A stretch of 64,000 bases of DNA. Source: Octopus sinensis. Its lineage: Eukaryota. This document shows, one piece after another, positions 49,654 through 64,000 of the stretch. The stretch covers positions 85,250,001-85,314,000 of the forward strand of contig NC_043005.1 of NCBI RefSeq assembly GCF_006345805.1. Reading direction: 5' to 3'. Under the pieces are notes generated by a model, which worked only from the letters and a program-made list of their open reading frames with translations, did no database searches and was not told the origin of the DNA. The first letter of the stretch is position 1. Each line of letters starts with the position of its first letter. The position numbers and the translations under genes are program-made.

Positions 49654-50295
49654 ATACATGTGATGGTTGCTACAGAGACCAAGCTGGGCAGTTTACAAAC
49701 CTTCTCACCCCTCCTGAATGGCTATGAGAAAATCATCTCTCCTAGCCAGACCGGAGGCCGAGGGGGTGTAGTAGTACTCGTCCGAAAAGGCTTGACTCTG
49801 CAGACAAGTACAGTCTATGTGGACCCTGAAAGTGGGCTGGTCCTCCTTGACATGATGTACAGTGGTAGAGCCTTCAGGTTGATCGGAATCTATGCACCTT
49901 GTGCTACAGAATTACAAACTGATTTTTATCCGCGCCTAGAGAACTTTCTTGAAACGTCAAAGACATTAGTGGTGTTAGGTGACTATAACGCTATCGTTGA
50001 TGCACGCATCGATAGTGTAGGCTCGATTGATAGAAAAACGAACTAACGTCTCATAGATCTGCTTAAGCGATTTCAGCTAGCAGATCGTTACAGACTTGAC
50101 CATCCGAATGTCCCAGAGTGGACCTGGATGAATGGCGACGGAAGGTTCAAGTCTTACTTAGATAGGATAGTAATAAGAGCTAGAGATAAGGCTAGCTTTA
50201 GTTGTCCACAGCTTGTTCAGGTATCCAATACGGACCATAGAATGGTTAAGTGTAGGCTGAACGTAGATAGTGCAGTTAAAGAGAGGATCCAGTTA
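49654..50295 (+). pseudogene. Tx1/L1-clade LINE ORF2 APE endonuclease fragment
   Basis: VATETK...GRGGVVVL...FRLIGIYAP...LVVLGDYNAI...WTW...KSYLDRI...TDHRMV; one internal stop. Confidence 0.9.
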
Positions 50296-52240
50296 TGAAT
50301 GGCTCTTTTGAGGGCGAACCACCACCGGTTATTAACCACGGAGCCGGTTAACGCCCTCTGTACTAATTCCTTAACCCGGCTACGGTATGCCTCACAAGTC
50401 AAAATAGACTTGTTCAGCTTCCAGTAACTGGATCCTCTCTTAACTGCACTATCTACGTTCAGCCTACACTTAACCATTCTATGGTCCGTGTAGGATACCT
50501 GAACAAGCTGCGGACAACTAAAGCTAGCCTTATTTCTAGCTCTTGATACGTCCTTCCAAATAATTGTCTTTAGAGTCATATTCAATTAAAATTGTTTCTT
50601 CATTCTTTTGTGAATTTTTTTTCTGGGGCGGTGGAGCGGGGTCTTTTTTGTTATCTGTGGTGTAAGGTTGTCTTTTTTTTCCTGTGGGGTATGTTGGTGG
50701 GGAAGGTGTGTGCAAACGTTTGTGCACTGTCGTGAATTCCCCTTCAGACACCCCCATGGTGTCGTCTGTGGGCATTGTATTTGAAACACAAGGTGCCTCA
50801 GAAATCAGGTGGGCGGGTTTTTTTATAATTAATGTGGGGGGTTGTGTATGCTGGGGTTGGGTCTTTTCATTACTTTGTTTGGGGGGCAGCACCATAACAG
50901 GGGAGGGGAGCATTTGTTTTTGTGGGGGCTAGTGTATGTGTGGGTTTGGGGATGTTTTGAATAGTTGTGGGGACTTGTGTCTAACAGTTTTTTCTCTTTT
51001 TTCTTGTTTTCCTCTTCTTTCTTTTTTGTTTCACAATCGCTTCGAATGTGGCCTTTTTTCCGACTTTCGAAGCAAGTAACCTTTTTACCCTCTGCTTGAA
51101 CTCTAAGAGTAACTTTCTCACCTACGTGTACCCGCTCCGGAAGATTTTCAATGTCTTCCGGTTTCCCTTGGATGGTGGCTGAAATGCTCTGTCCTGTCCA
51201 GTATTGGGAGGCAGAGCATGAAATTTGGAGAAATTGTATTTTGTCTGTCCTGTTATACCACAGGGCAGCCATCACCACCCGAAGGTCTATTTCCGGCGGC
51301 ACATCCATCACCCTCACACGAGAAGTACGTCTTCCCCTGTAAGAGGGTAGAAGCGCCACCTCCTTTGTCTTCAAGGGGCAAACCGAGTACTCCTGTGTCA
51401 ACTTCTCCGTCTTGAAATGGACTTCAATGTTTGCATAAACTTCGCCCCTTGCAATATGAGTAATATCGTTTCACACCGGGGCGAGGCATTTTTCAATAAT
51501 ATTTTCTTTGAAATATCTAAAACGTCTTCCTTCCAAACAGAAGGATCTGAAGACCACAGTTCTCTTCTCTATTTCTTCAGTATCAAACCTGGGCGTTATT
51601 TTGATATCCCCGTCTTCCTCCTTCATCTTGGAAAAATAATCTTTCAAATCTACATTACTCAACACAATGGTCTTTGTTTCCATGGCGGCAGCGCCAGCAA
51701 ATTTTTTGTTATTAACGTAACTCTCATTGAGAGTGCTTTCAGAAATGTTTTCTTTTAAAATTTCTACCGACATGTTTGGTCAAAATTATAGATGCACAAA
51801 AGCAGTTTTGTAAAGTGTTCACCAAATTAGTTTCAATTTTGCCCCACCCCCTTTACGGGGCGAGGCACAAGAAAAAACTTACGACGGCTTGAAAAAGGTT
51901 TCAATTGCACGAAAAAAAGTGTTTTGCCTTACCTTCCCAATAGAGAAACAGAAAAAATCCAAAGTACACGTAATCCACGCAATAACAACGAATCTTGCCC
52001 CCCCCTCCTTGGGGGCGTAGCACAAAATACTTACAACGGCTTGAAAAAAAGTTTCAATGCCCAATTGAAGTTAAAAATGTCTTTATACCCTATCTCCCCT
52101 ATAGGAAAGCATAAAAATCCAAAAAACATGTATATCCACAAGAATTGAACTCCAACAAACACAAACAGTTAATCCACAATGACAAGTTACGTCTTACTTG
52201 CTCCAAAATGGCGACTACAGTAACTGGAAGCAGTCTCCAA
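50296..52240 (-). mobile_element. Tx1/L1-clade LINE 5' part: repetitive 5'UTR, ORF1 (51773-50536, Zn-knuckle), fused to the endonuclease C-terminus
   Basis: ORF1 pieces 51471..51773, 50829..51401 and 50536..50913 with CFESRKKGHIRSDC (degenerate CCHC); then TDHRMV...RGSSYWKLNKSIL; ~155-bp duplicated unit at 51841/51996. Confidence 0.85.
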
Positions 52241-53279
52241 AATGGAGGTAAGCAGGCTACTTACTACACAGCCACTTCTATATCAAATCGAATCAAAATT
52301 GCTGACGTAGCTGATGACAGCACATCTGAGTGTGTGATCATTGTCAGGGCCACGGATTGGCTCCCATGCTGGTGGCACGTAAAAAACATCCTTTGAGCAT
52401 GATCGTTGCCAGCATTGCCCTACCGGCACGTGTGCCAGTGGATGTATAAAATAACATTCGAGCGTGGTCGTTGCCAGTGCTGCTGGACTGGCTCCTGTGC
52501 AGGTAGCATGTAAAAAACACCTTTTGAGCGTGGTCGTTGCCAGAACCGCCGACTGGCCCTCGTGCCGGTGACACGTAAAAGCACACACTACACTCTTTAT
52601 GTGGTTGGTGTTAGGAAGGGCATCCAGCTGTAGAAACTTTGCCAGATCAGATTGAGCTTGATGCAGCCTCTGGCTTACCAGTCCTCACACAAACCGTCCA
52701 ACCCATGTGAGCATGGAAAACGGATTTTAAACTATGACGATGATGATGATATATATATGATATATATATATATATGATATATATATATATATTATATATA
52801 TATATATATATATGTATGTATATATACATGTATATATATATGTGTATATATACATGTATACACACACACTCACACACATATGTATGAGTGTATGTACATA
52901 CAACAAATACACTTGGAAATATTTAATAGACAGCGAACCAATAGTTTAACTATAAACCTAATTCAAATACTTATCATAAATGGATTGATAAATATCAATA
53001 AATATATCAGGCAGACATTTGTTTTGAGGAGAATTATCTAAGCCAGTGCCTACTTTTTGCTATTTTCCTGCCTCGCCATAAAATGACGGTCCACACTGCT
53101 AACATAGACTGTTTATGGCTACTGCAGGGATGGGCATCTCATAAACCAGCATTTATAGGTAAGTTACTTTAAACATTAGCAATATATATATATATATATA
53201 TATATATATCTTATAACATTTTATAAGCACAATGTTGTATATATATATATGTATATATATGTATATATATATATATATG

Positions 53280-53330
<51 letters not shown>

Positions 53331-55142
53331 TATATATTATATAACATTGTGTTATAAGATGTTATCTTTTGTTATATATATATATTTCTCCTCCTATATA
53401 TATGTGTGTGTGTACCGTGGTGTTGACCAGACTATCAGATGTGAGGCATCTCTAGTCGCAATACACTTTACATTGCTTTAACTTTCAAATGATGCCACCC
53501 TGTTATATGTTTATATGTGTATATATATTATAAAACCAGCTGGACAACTTGACTCAAATAATACATAAATGTTGCATGAATATTTATATAAAAATATGAG
53601 CAGAAGTTATGTCGAGGTCACCCTGAGGAGATGAAAATATAAAGAGTGGCTCAGATTATGGTTAAAGAAAGAAAATACTGAAATAGATCATGGCAGTTTT
53701 AGAAGTCTTTGGATATGAAGGACAAATATAAAAATCATGATGCAATAAATGAGAATAAGAGAAAAAAACATTGTTCACAAATTATGTAAATATTGATGAT
53801 ATAAATTAATGGTAAGAGTGAATTAATTGGCATTAATCCATTAGCTGTAACAGAAACGAGCTGTAGTTTTTATGTGAAAACCGATTATATAAAAATGTGA
53901 TTCAGAAAAGATATATAACAACTGATTAGAGTTTTTAGAATATAGCAGCAACTTGGGGACAATGTTAGGTTTACAATGATCTGGAGTTGTAAGAGGATTT
54001 TTGATGTTAGAAAACTGTTATAAAATAGATTTTGCAGGTTAAATAAAAGTTGTAATAAATATAAGACAACTGAAAATATCGATAGATTCGTATAAATGTA
54101 TTGATATAAACATAAAGAAGAAAATCATTACAAGTTGTTCTGTTTTCAAAGAGAACTGAAAAAAAAATGTGAAAAAAAAAGTTTGGAAAAGGAACAAAGA
54201 AAACAAAATGGATTCTTAGAATGATGAGAAATTTTAAAGGAAATTAAAAGGAAATGGAATAAAATATTTGGGAGGATTTATTATACTATATCCATATATC
54301 AGGAGAAATCTTTGCAGAGTTAGCAGAAACAGTTGATTGAGAATGATTGAGAGTTACAGAACTGCGCTTCTAGTGGAGGTACATGGCTCAATGGTGAAGG
54401 TGTTGGAATTATCATCGTTAGATTGTAGTTTCGATTCCTGGACTGGGCAACGCATTGTGTTCTTGGGCAAAGCACTTTATTTCCTCTTACTCCAGTCCAC
54501 TCAGCTGGCAAAAGTGAGTAATCCTGCGATGGACTGGCGTCCCATCCAGGTGGGGGAATTTATTCGCCATGGAAACCAAGAAACCAGTCCTTATGAATCT
54601 GTATAACTTGAGAAGGTAACTGTACCTTATTTTTTTACACAATCTTCTAAAGGTTTCTGTAAACACTGAGAATGAAGGTTCCTCTGACATCTGCTAAAAA
54701 CCACTGTCTGCCCTAATATGAATGGTAAGTGTCTTTTATTATAACTCCAAGCAAGCCAATATTTTGTGAGTGGATTTGGTAGATGGAAACTGAGAGAAGC
54801 CTGTCTTATATGTGCATATCTGTATCTCATGAGATAGTTATAAAAGAATGTCACTGTTATATAAGTAGTAGCATTCATTTCCAGAATTCTGCTAGAACAT
54901 GTCTGGTTTAGAAGGAAATAGTACCTTGGTTGGAAACAGGTAAGGGTTGGTGAGAGGAGGCGAATCCAGGTGAGAAGAAGAGCATCCAGGTGAAAGAAAG
55001 AGTATTCAAATCTACCTGAATAAACACCATTCAACACATGCAAGCATGAAAAAGTGGACAAGGAGACAATGATGGTTATATATATATATATAAATGCTTG
55101 CAAATACAGTTTTGATAAAAGGATGCAATAAAATACAGCAAA

Positions 55143-55392
55143 TCACCACATCTCCTGGTCCCTTGTAGATTCTTCAGTGAGGCCCAACATCTGAAGATCT
55201 TTTCTCATCACTTTGTTCCACGTTTTCCTGTGTCTACCCCTTCCATAGGTTCCCTCCATAATTAGAGCACAGTACTTCTTTATGCAGCTGTCCTCATCCA
55301 TACACATCACATGACCAAACCAGTGCAACCTTTTCTCTTGCACACAACATCTGATGCCTCTTATGACCAGTTTTCCTCTTAAATCACTTCAT
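55143..55392 (-). pseudogene. RTE LINE ORF C-terminal fragment
   Basis: KRLHWFGHVMCMDED...GRGRHRKTW...KDLQMLGL. Confidence 0.85.
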
Positions 55393-55456
55393 CACTCAAA
55401 TTGTATTAAAGTGGTGAGTTAGCAGAATCTTTAGCAGCATGCCAGGCAAAATGTTT

Positions 55457-55741
55457 GTTCCTTCTTGAGCCACGCCTAGCTCATAAGGGCCGGTTTCCCG
55501 GTTTCCTTGGCGTATAGGTTCCCCACCTGAATGAGACGCTGGTTCATTGCAGGGGAGCTGCAAGATGCAGGAGGAAAGAGTGAGAGAAAGTTGTAGCGAA
55601 AGAGTCAGCGGAAGTTCACCATTACCTTCTTCAGGAGATGTGTTTCGCTCATCAATACACATATCACCCGGTCTGAGACTCGAACCTGTGATCCCTCGAC
55701 CACGAATCCGCTGCTCTAACCACTAGACCATGCACGTCCAC
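55457..55741 (-). mobile_element. SINE family E nested in a SINE B head
   Basis: Homologous to 21742-22053; ~16-bp TSD gccaggcaaaatgttt / gccaggtaaaatgctt. Confidence 0.82.
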
Positions 55742-57509
55742 GCCAGGTAAAATGCTTAGTGGCATTTCGTCCATCTTTACATTCTGCCGCTACATTCTGA
55801 GTTCAAATTCCGCTGAGGTCGACTTTACCTTCCATGCTTTCAGGAGTCGATAAAAATAAGCACCAGTTGAGCACGAGGTCAATGTAATGAAATAAGCTAC
55901 CTCCCTGAAATTGCTGGCTTTGTGCTCTAATTTGAAAGCAATATAAACATGGTATGCCATGGAACTCCATCAAGTTTTGAAGCAATGCAAAATGTCAAAA
56001 ACCTGGACAGGGAATGACATGAAACAGCTAACAGCACAATAGTGTAGACTTCTGGAATGCATTTGCCTCCTTTGGATGAATGCCTGATAACATTCTCAAC
56101 AAACAGGCCCAAAATGAAGTGCTTAGATTGCCATAGAGAGGACTAATAGTTCATACACAGGACACTGTAGCGGTTGTGTTAAAGAAAGTGATGACAAGCC
56201 ACAACTACAACTGTTTATTATTCCTTGTAAAAATGTCAATCATCATAATATAAGGAATTGTACATTCCCATGGACTCAACTCCCATAGTGAAGAAACATT
56301 TTGCTAACAATCTTTCCTCGTGTAATTACCAGAATTTGGAACAAATGTAGTGGAACTGTTACCTTGGCCACATCACCTGGTTAATATTGCACCAGTTGAG
56401 GTGCTATAGTAACATTCAGAGGTTCAGACTATAGACTGAGTGTATAGAAAAATCTTACCACTCACACAAAAGGGTGGCCTCTCAGAATGATATTGTTTCT
56501 CAGTATGCAAATGATGACCGTCTCACTTTGCTATATACTCTCAACCATTGTGCCACCTCAAATCGATCATAACCACCCTCTTACATTTTGCTAAACTTAT
56601 CATCCTACACAAGATCACCTCCTCCAATGTCCCCGCCCTTCAAGAATTTTTTTTTGTCTTGCAAAGTACTTGGTGACTCTGTCAGTGCAGGTGCCACTTA
56701 AAAGCATCCAGTCTACACTGTAAAGCGGTTGCCATTTGGAAGGGCATCCAGCTGTGGAAACCTTGCCAAAACTGACCTCACTTGTGCTTGTGCCATGTAA
56801 AAGCACTAAGTCCACTCTGCTGAGTGGTTGGTGTTAAGAAGGGCATCCAGCTGTAAAAATCCTATCACAACAGTCACAGAAGTCAGGTGCAGGCTTCTGC
56901 CTAGCTGGTTGTTGTGAAACTGTTCCACTCATGCTAGCATGGAAGGCGGATGTTAAATGATGATGGTGACAATGATGATGATGTCTCCACTCAAAACTTC
57001 TTGATTGAGGGAAACTTCTACTTGCAAGTCTCTGAGATTGCTAAGAAAACCAGAATGTGCTTCACCCACACCAAACTGTGTGTTGGTTATACTGAGATTA
57101 CCCCGATTATTCTCACAGTTTACTGACCTTGGGTCAGAGATAAACAGTCACTATATTAATAAATGTATCAGCACCAGCTTCCTCATCTGTGAACAACACA
57201 ACACATCTTTAAAATTCATTTCCTTTAGTTCTGACATGCAATTTCATTTCTCAACATCTCCATCACCTTTTATGCAACCTCTTTCATTTCAACACTAGAG
57301 CCATCTCTGAAACTTATCAACTCTCACTTCTACCCCTCTCATCTCAAACACTCCTCCTCCTGCACTCAGTTGCTTTGCATCTCACATCTCTCTCTGGTGA
57401 CGATGGTCATTCTGAGACTCAATTCCATCTTAGAACATAACCCAGCACTCAATTCAGAGTGGACACACCTTTCCAATTCCTAATGCATCCTCACCTTTAC
57501 ATGATACCT

Positions 57510-57691
57510 ATTTCTTTACTACCCACAAGGGGCTAAACACCGGGAGGATAAACAAGGACAGACAAACGGATTGAGTCGATTATATTGACCGCAGTGCGTA
57601 ACTGGTACTTATTTAATCGACCCTGAAAGGATGAAAGGCAAAGTCGACCTCAGCGGAATTTGAACTCAGAACGTAGCGGCAGACGAAATCG
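57510..57691 (-). mobile_element. 5'-truncated SINE B with 16-bp TSD
   Basis: cctttacatgatacct at 57494-57509 and 57692-57707. Confidence 0.88.
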
Positions 57692-58810
57692 CCTTTACAT
57701 GATACCTTCACCCTCATGACCACACCACCCGCAACAGCCTTCCATCGCCTCTTGCCCTGCAGTCCTTTCCAACATACTTTACTAGATGCATTCTGAATCC
57801 CTCAGTCTGACTCCACAACTTTCCACAATATCCCTATCTCCACCTCCCCCTCTTTTAAATGTCCCTTTAATCTGCATGACCTGCTCATCCATTGTTCCCT
57901 CCCAACTCCCTGCACCTCATATTTCCTCCACTTTTGCCCTTGTATGTTTGAAACCCCGTTGCTTTCCTATCACTTCCAGTCATTTCCAATTTTACCTGAC
58001 ACACACCAACACATATTTCTCCATTGATTCTGTTCTATCTTTACACTTCCCAATTTTAAGAAGAGAAATAAGATATTCTTCTTCTTCTTCTCCTCCATCT
58101 CCTTGTCTTCTTCTGCTGCTGCTTCTTCTTCTTCTTCTTCTCCTCCTCCTCCATCTTCTTTTTCTTCTTCTTCCCCTTCTTCTTCTTCATCTTCTACTTC
58201 TTCTTCTTCATCATCTTTTTCTTCTTTTCCATCTACTTCTTCTCCTTCTCTACCTTCTTCTCCATCTTCTTCTTCCTCTCCTCCTCCTTCTACTACTCCA
58301 TCTTTTTCTTCTTTACCATCTTTTTCTTCTTCTTCTCCATCTTCTTCTCCCTCTCCTTTTCTTCTGCTTCTCTCCCTTCATCTTCTACTTGTACTCCTCC
58401 TCCTCCTCCTTTTCTTCTTCTTCATCTTCTCCATCTACTTCTTCCTCCACCTCTGCCCTCCCTCAGCTCCTCCCCCTTTCTTTACCTTGTTATCCCCTCC
58501 TTCCAACTATAAATATTTGTTCCACTGAGGCTAGTATTGTTACTCTTATAATTATTATTCATCGACTTATGTTGCTGTTGTTGTTGTTGTTGTTGCTGTT
58601 GTTGTTGTTGTCATTATTATTTATGCCAGTTGTCATGTTCTGTTGTCGATTCATTCCAAAATATTCCTTTTTAGGAAATGAAATGTTTAAGATTTAAGGG
58701 ATCTAATAACGTATAATTAGTTACCAGAAGGAAATTCTAGAAAACAAAATGGGTATTTTGGTTTCTATATGTGCATAACTAACTAACTAACTACACACAC
58801 ACACACACAT

Positions 58811-58841
<31 letters not shown>

Positions 58842-58941
58842 CACACACACACACACACGTGTGTATGTATATATATTTACATGCATAAACATGTATGTAT
58901 TAATTCATACAAATACATGCATGTGGACGCACAAACACACG

Positions 58942-58992
<51 letters not shown>

Positions 58993-59175
58993 ACACATAT
59001 TTGTAAACAGAAATTAGTGTATAAATATATGCATGCATGTCCATACATATGTATATATAATATATATATATACATATGTATATATATATATATATAATTC
59101 CCGAGCGTTACACTAATGCATCTGTTTGTTTTGTACACTACCTGTTTTTGTGTTTTGTTTTTTTTTGTGAACTCT

Positions 59176-59217
<42 letters not shown>

Positions 59218-60596
59218 AGAGTTCACAAAAATATACTTTATTTGAAAGCAGCAGAAATATAACAGAACCTGTTACTCAGAGTTTCATGTTCCAGTTTGTT
59301 GGATAGTTTTATTAAAAAAAAATTTTTTAACATAAATAATAAAGCATATTACTCTACCTCTGGTATTTGAGTACTCTTTTTTCCACCTTGTTTTACATTT
59401 ATGTGCTTACTCCGGTATATATCATCATCATCATCATCATTTAGCGTCCGCTTTCCATGCTAGCATGGGTTGGATGGTTCAACTGGGGTCTGTGAAGCCA
59501 GAAGGCTGCATCAGGCCCAGTCTGATCTGGCAGTGTTTCTACAGCTGGATACCCTTCCTAACGCCAACCTCACCGTGAGTGTAGTGGGTGCTTTTTACGT
59601 GCCACCCGCACAGGTGCCAGACGGAGCTGGCAAACGGCCACGAACGGATGGTGCTTTTACGTGCCACCGGCACGGGGGCCAGGTGAGGCTGGCAACGGAC
59701 ACAAATGGATGGTGATATATTCATATATATGCATACCTATATATATATATACATATATACGTACATATATATATATCTTTCTGTATACACATCTGTGTGT
59801 GCATATATACATACACACACACATTCACATGCATGCACACATATACTCTTTTACTTGTTTCAGTCATTTGACTGTGGCCATGCTGGAGCACCACCTTTAG
59901 TCAAGCAAATTGACCCCAGGATTTATTCTTTGTAAATCTAGTACTTATTCTATCAGTCTATTTTGCCGAACCGCTAAGTTATGGGGATGTAAAAACTCCA
60001 GCATCAGTCGTCAAGTGATGTTCGGGGGACAAACACAGACACACAAACACACACATATATATATACATATACATATATACGACAGGCTTCTTTCAGTTTC
60101 CATCTACCAAATCCACTCACAAGGTTTTGGTCGGCCCAAGGCTATAGTATATATTCTGTATTGCCCAATGTGCCATCCAGTGGGACTGAAACCAAAACCA
60201 TGTGGTTGGTAAACAAGCTACTTACTCCACAGCCACTCCTGTATGTATATGCACTCACATATATATAATATATATTAGCCTTGACCGGCTTCTGTGCCGG
60301 TGGCACGTAAAAAGCACCATCCGAACGTGGCCGGTGCCAGCGCAGCCTTGACTGGCTTCCGTGCTGGTGGCACGTAAAAAGCACCAACCAATCGTGCCCG
60401 CTGCCAGACTCCCCTGGCACCTGTGCGGGTGGCACGTAAAAAGCACCCACTACACTCACGGAGTGGTTGGCGTTAGGAAGGGCATCCAGCTGTAGTAACA
60501 CTGCCAGCTCAGACTGGAGCATGGTGCAGACTCCTGGCTTCCCAGACCCCGGTCGAACTGTCCAACCCATGCTAGCACGGAAAACGGACGTTAAAC

Positions 60597-60641
<45 letters not shown>

Positions 60642-61356
60642 AATGCATGTGTGAGTGCATATGCATACAGGAGTAGCTGTGTGGTAAGTAGCTTGATTAT
60701 ATATATATATATTGGCCCACTGAACTCAACACATTTCTTTTCCTTCTCTCTCTATTTATTTCCTCTTATTCCTTTCTGCTGAAGGCTCAAAATGTAAAAG
60801 ACTTTTCCATTTTCCCTAAGCATCAAACTAATAGACCTACATGTTCCTACACCTGTCTTTGTTTTTCTATAAATTTGAACCATATATATATATATATATA
60901 CATACGTGTGTGTGTGTGCTCCTTAGACTTCAACCTACATTGGATTTTTAGAAATGAACTATTTTGATATATTTTTAATTGAGGAGTAAAACCATTTTTC
61001 AATCGACTGACATGCTTTAGTAATTCATTTTGATTACTTATTGTTAGTCAGTTGTAAATACCTTTTCTTGATAGGCCTCTCTATATATTTTGTATTTTTA
61101 TTTGCATATATATCTTTTACCTTCTGTTTTTTTATATGTATTCGTTTTATATGTTGAAGACCATGGTAGTATTTATATATGATGAAATGAATGGAAGCAT
61201 GGTGTTATATAAAGTCTTTGACTTAAATTTGAAATTTGTTCTCTAATGTTTTATATATATACACACACACATATATATATACATACATATACATATACAT
61301 ACGTACATATATATATATACATACACATATATATATATATATATATACATACACAC

Positions 61357-61417
<61 letters not shown>

Positions 61418-62765
61418 CATTCATATATATACATACATACATATATATATATACATACATATATATGTATACATAGATATATACATATACATACATATAT
61501 ATATGTGTGTGCGTGTGCATATATATATATGTATATATGTGTGTGTGTGTCTTTGTGTGTTGACAACTGATGTTGATGTGTTCATGTACCCATGACCGAG
61601 CAGTTCGGCACAAAAGATTGATAGAATAGGTACCAGGCTTAAAAAATGAATAAGTGCTTGGGTTCAGAGCCCTCCATATGAAGAACAGCAACCACCACCA
61701 CCACCACCACCACAACAACAACAGTAATACATTCCATAACAAAACAGTCTACAATGAAACAATAAGACAGACCCATCGCAGTTCTTTAATCCGTGACTCA
61801 AATTACGTCAAATGATATCATCCATATTCTTAGAATGAAATTACACGCTGAGTGATATGGTACTTGAAACAATATGTTTGGGAACAACAGATGGAATGGT
61901 CAGGATTAGAATGTCTCAGAGCAGAGATTAGCTTAATCAAAACATCTTAGAAATAAATACCAGCAACTACACCAAATATAAGAAAGAAGGTTTGATAAAG
62001 GTATTCACTTTATCCTGCCCCTGGGTATATTGTGGAAAAATGAGAGAGGGAATCTGATGAATATACAGTTCTATACACATAAGCAGATTTCCATATGTAT
62101 GTATATATGTATATGTTACTTAGCGGTTCAGCAAAAGAGACCGATAGAATAAGTACTGGGCTTACAAAAGAATAAGTCCCGGGGTCGAGTTGCTCGATTA
62201 AAGGCGGTGCTCCAGCATGGCCGCAGCCAAATGACTGAAACAAGTAAAAGAGTAAAGAGTATATATGCACACACGTACACAAGTACACAAGTATAGCTGT
62301 GTGGTAAGAAGCTTGCTTCCCAACTACATGGTTCTGGGTTCAGTCCCACAGTGTGGCACCTTGGGCAAGTGTGTGTCTCTGTGCACGTCTCTATGTGTGT
62401 GTCTCTGTGCACGTCTCTATGTGTGTGCGTATATACATGTGTTTGTGTGTGTGAGCCGTTTTTGATTGGTCCCAGAGTTTATTGTGGCATGTGTATATGG
62501 GTCTGTGTGTGTTTTATATTTGGTAGGATGGTGTGTGTGTATATATGTGTGCATCGGTGGGTACGTGTGTATGTTCCTCTGTTTTGTGTTGGTGGGGATG
62601 TTATGTGTGTGTATGTGAGTGTGTATGTGTGTCTCTGTCTGAGTATGTGTTATAATTGTCTTTGACATTCTCTCTCTCTCTCTCACGTGTACATATATAT
62701 ATTGAAATATGTTCTTATGAAATGAAAATAATTTTGCTCACATTTCTAACATCTGCTATTTGTTG

Positions 62766-62819
<54 letters not shown>

Positions 62820-62949
62820 TTACCAGAATCATCAATGTATTGGACAAAATGCTTAGTGACATTTCATCCTTCTTTACATTCTGGGTTTTAACTTGCTGCC
62901 TTCCCTGAGATTGCTGGCCTTGTGCCAAAATCTGAAACCATTATTAATA

Positions 62950-62995
<46 letters not shown>

Positions 62996-63680
62996 TATCA
63001 TCATCATCATCATCATCATTATTATTGTGATGAGTTGGCAGAACTGTTAGCACTTTGGACAAAATGCTGCCATGGTTGACTTTTCCTTCCATCCTTTCAG
63101 GGTTGATGAATATATATAACAGTTGAGTCCTGGGGTCAATGTAATCGACTAGTGCATCCCCACAAAATTTCAGGCCCAATGCCTATAGTAGAAAGAATTA
63201 TTATTATTAAAGCAGCAGACAGGCAGGATCATGACCATATTGGGCAAAATGCTTGGCAGCATTTCATCCAACTCTCTACGTTCTGAGTTCAAATTCCACT
63301 GAGGTCGACTTTGCCTTTCATTCTTTGAGATTTATTCATTAACAGCATCAGAACCCTGCTTAAAATCAAACTCCACTTCACTCTCACAATACATATGGAA
63401 CCTAATACAGGGGAGAAAAAACATCCTTTCAACTATAGGTGTAAGACCTGAAATTTAGGGGTAGAGGGTTAGGCAATTACATCGACTCCCAGCACTCAAC
63501 CAGTTCTTTATTTTATCAACCCAGAAAGGATGCAAGGCAATGCTGACCTTGCCAAAATTTGAGCTCAGAACATAAAAGAGTGATGAAATGCCGCTAAACA
63601 TTTCTTCCAGTATGCTCTCCAAGACAAATAAATGTTCTTAGAGTAAATTGTCTTTCCAGTCACCAACATGATATATATTA

Positions 63681-63804
63681 CAGTTCTATATTTAAGGGAT
63701 GAGGAATTATGTACATTATTTACATTATTTACATTTGACGGATATTTGTCCTCAACTTGTTTGTTGGTAACCACTACGCCATATGCCCATGGTGTAGTGG
63801 TTAA
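63681..63804 (-). mobile_element. Internally deleted copy of the tRNA-head/hammerhead element with an inverted head fragment
   Basis: Minus strand: gggcatatggcgtagtggtta joined directly to caacaaacaagttgaggacaaatatccgtcaaatg...aaatatagaactg; 63789-63804 is an inverted head piece. Confidence 0.8.
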
Positions 63805-63831
63805 TAGGCACAGAAGTGGCTGTGTGGTAAG

Positions 63832-64000
63832 TGATGATGATGGCAATCCCTCAAGGTCGAGGATGATGGCCTTCGCGCAAATTTACTGGTGAGTCCGTAG
63901 GTGACCGATAAGACCAATTCTTGCTTGAAAAGATCGGTCGTAGTGCGGACATCTAGTGCCGGAAGGGAGAGTCGCACGTGGTTGTTGTTGGCGCTCCTTC
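63832..64000 (-). mobile_element. RTE-clade LINE 3' end with terminal C2H2-like finger, inserted in a SINE A head; runs off the window
   Basis: KERQQQPRATLPSGTRCPHYDRSFQARIGLIGHLRTHQ*, short 3'UTR and (CAT)n tail. Confidence 0.85.

Noticed and set aside
53213-53366. ~28-bp inverted repeat flanking (TA)n
   Set aside because: Short and AT-rich; plausibly generated by the self-complementary TA tract, with no element features.
57786-58697. 303-aa Leu-rich ORF, the longest in the window
   Set aside because: Built from (CTT)n and (GTT)n tracts joined to decayed LINE-like DNA; no recognisable domain.

Overview
Eukaryotic, AT-rich and almost entirely repetitive DNA, most likely an Octopus (coleoid cephalopod) intergenic or intronic region. 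The organism call rests on my recall of the SINE families and the extreme (CA)n/(TA)n/triplet microsatellite load, not on a database search. I can support no host protein-coding gene; nearly all listed ORFs are by-products of microsatellites or SINEs. The window contains four tRNA-headed SINE families (here A, B, D, E), an RTE-3'-end-derived family C with an expandable 60-66 bp minisatellite, decayed RTE, Tx1/L1, R4/Dong and CR1-like LINE pieces, two Penelope (GIY-YIG) remnants, a full-length dead Tc1 element and several MITEs. The main unexplained signal is about eight minimal type-I hammerhead ribozyme motifs from at least five unrelated repeat families, plus many fold-back (inverted) junctions. 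The best candidate for an undescribed system is a short element built as tRNA-like Pol III head + (TAA)n + hammerhead + fixed tail. It occurs at three loci (about 16.8-17.1, 17.7-18.65 and 63.7-63.8 kb), each with a Penelope-style inverted duplication, and one copy carries an R4/Dong LINE fragment inserted in its TAA tract. Coordinates were read by eye and may be a few bases off.
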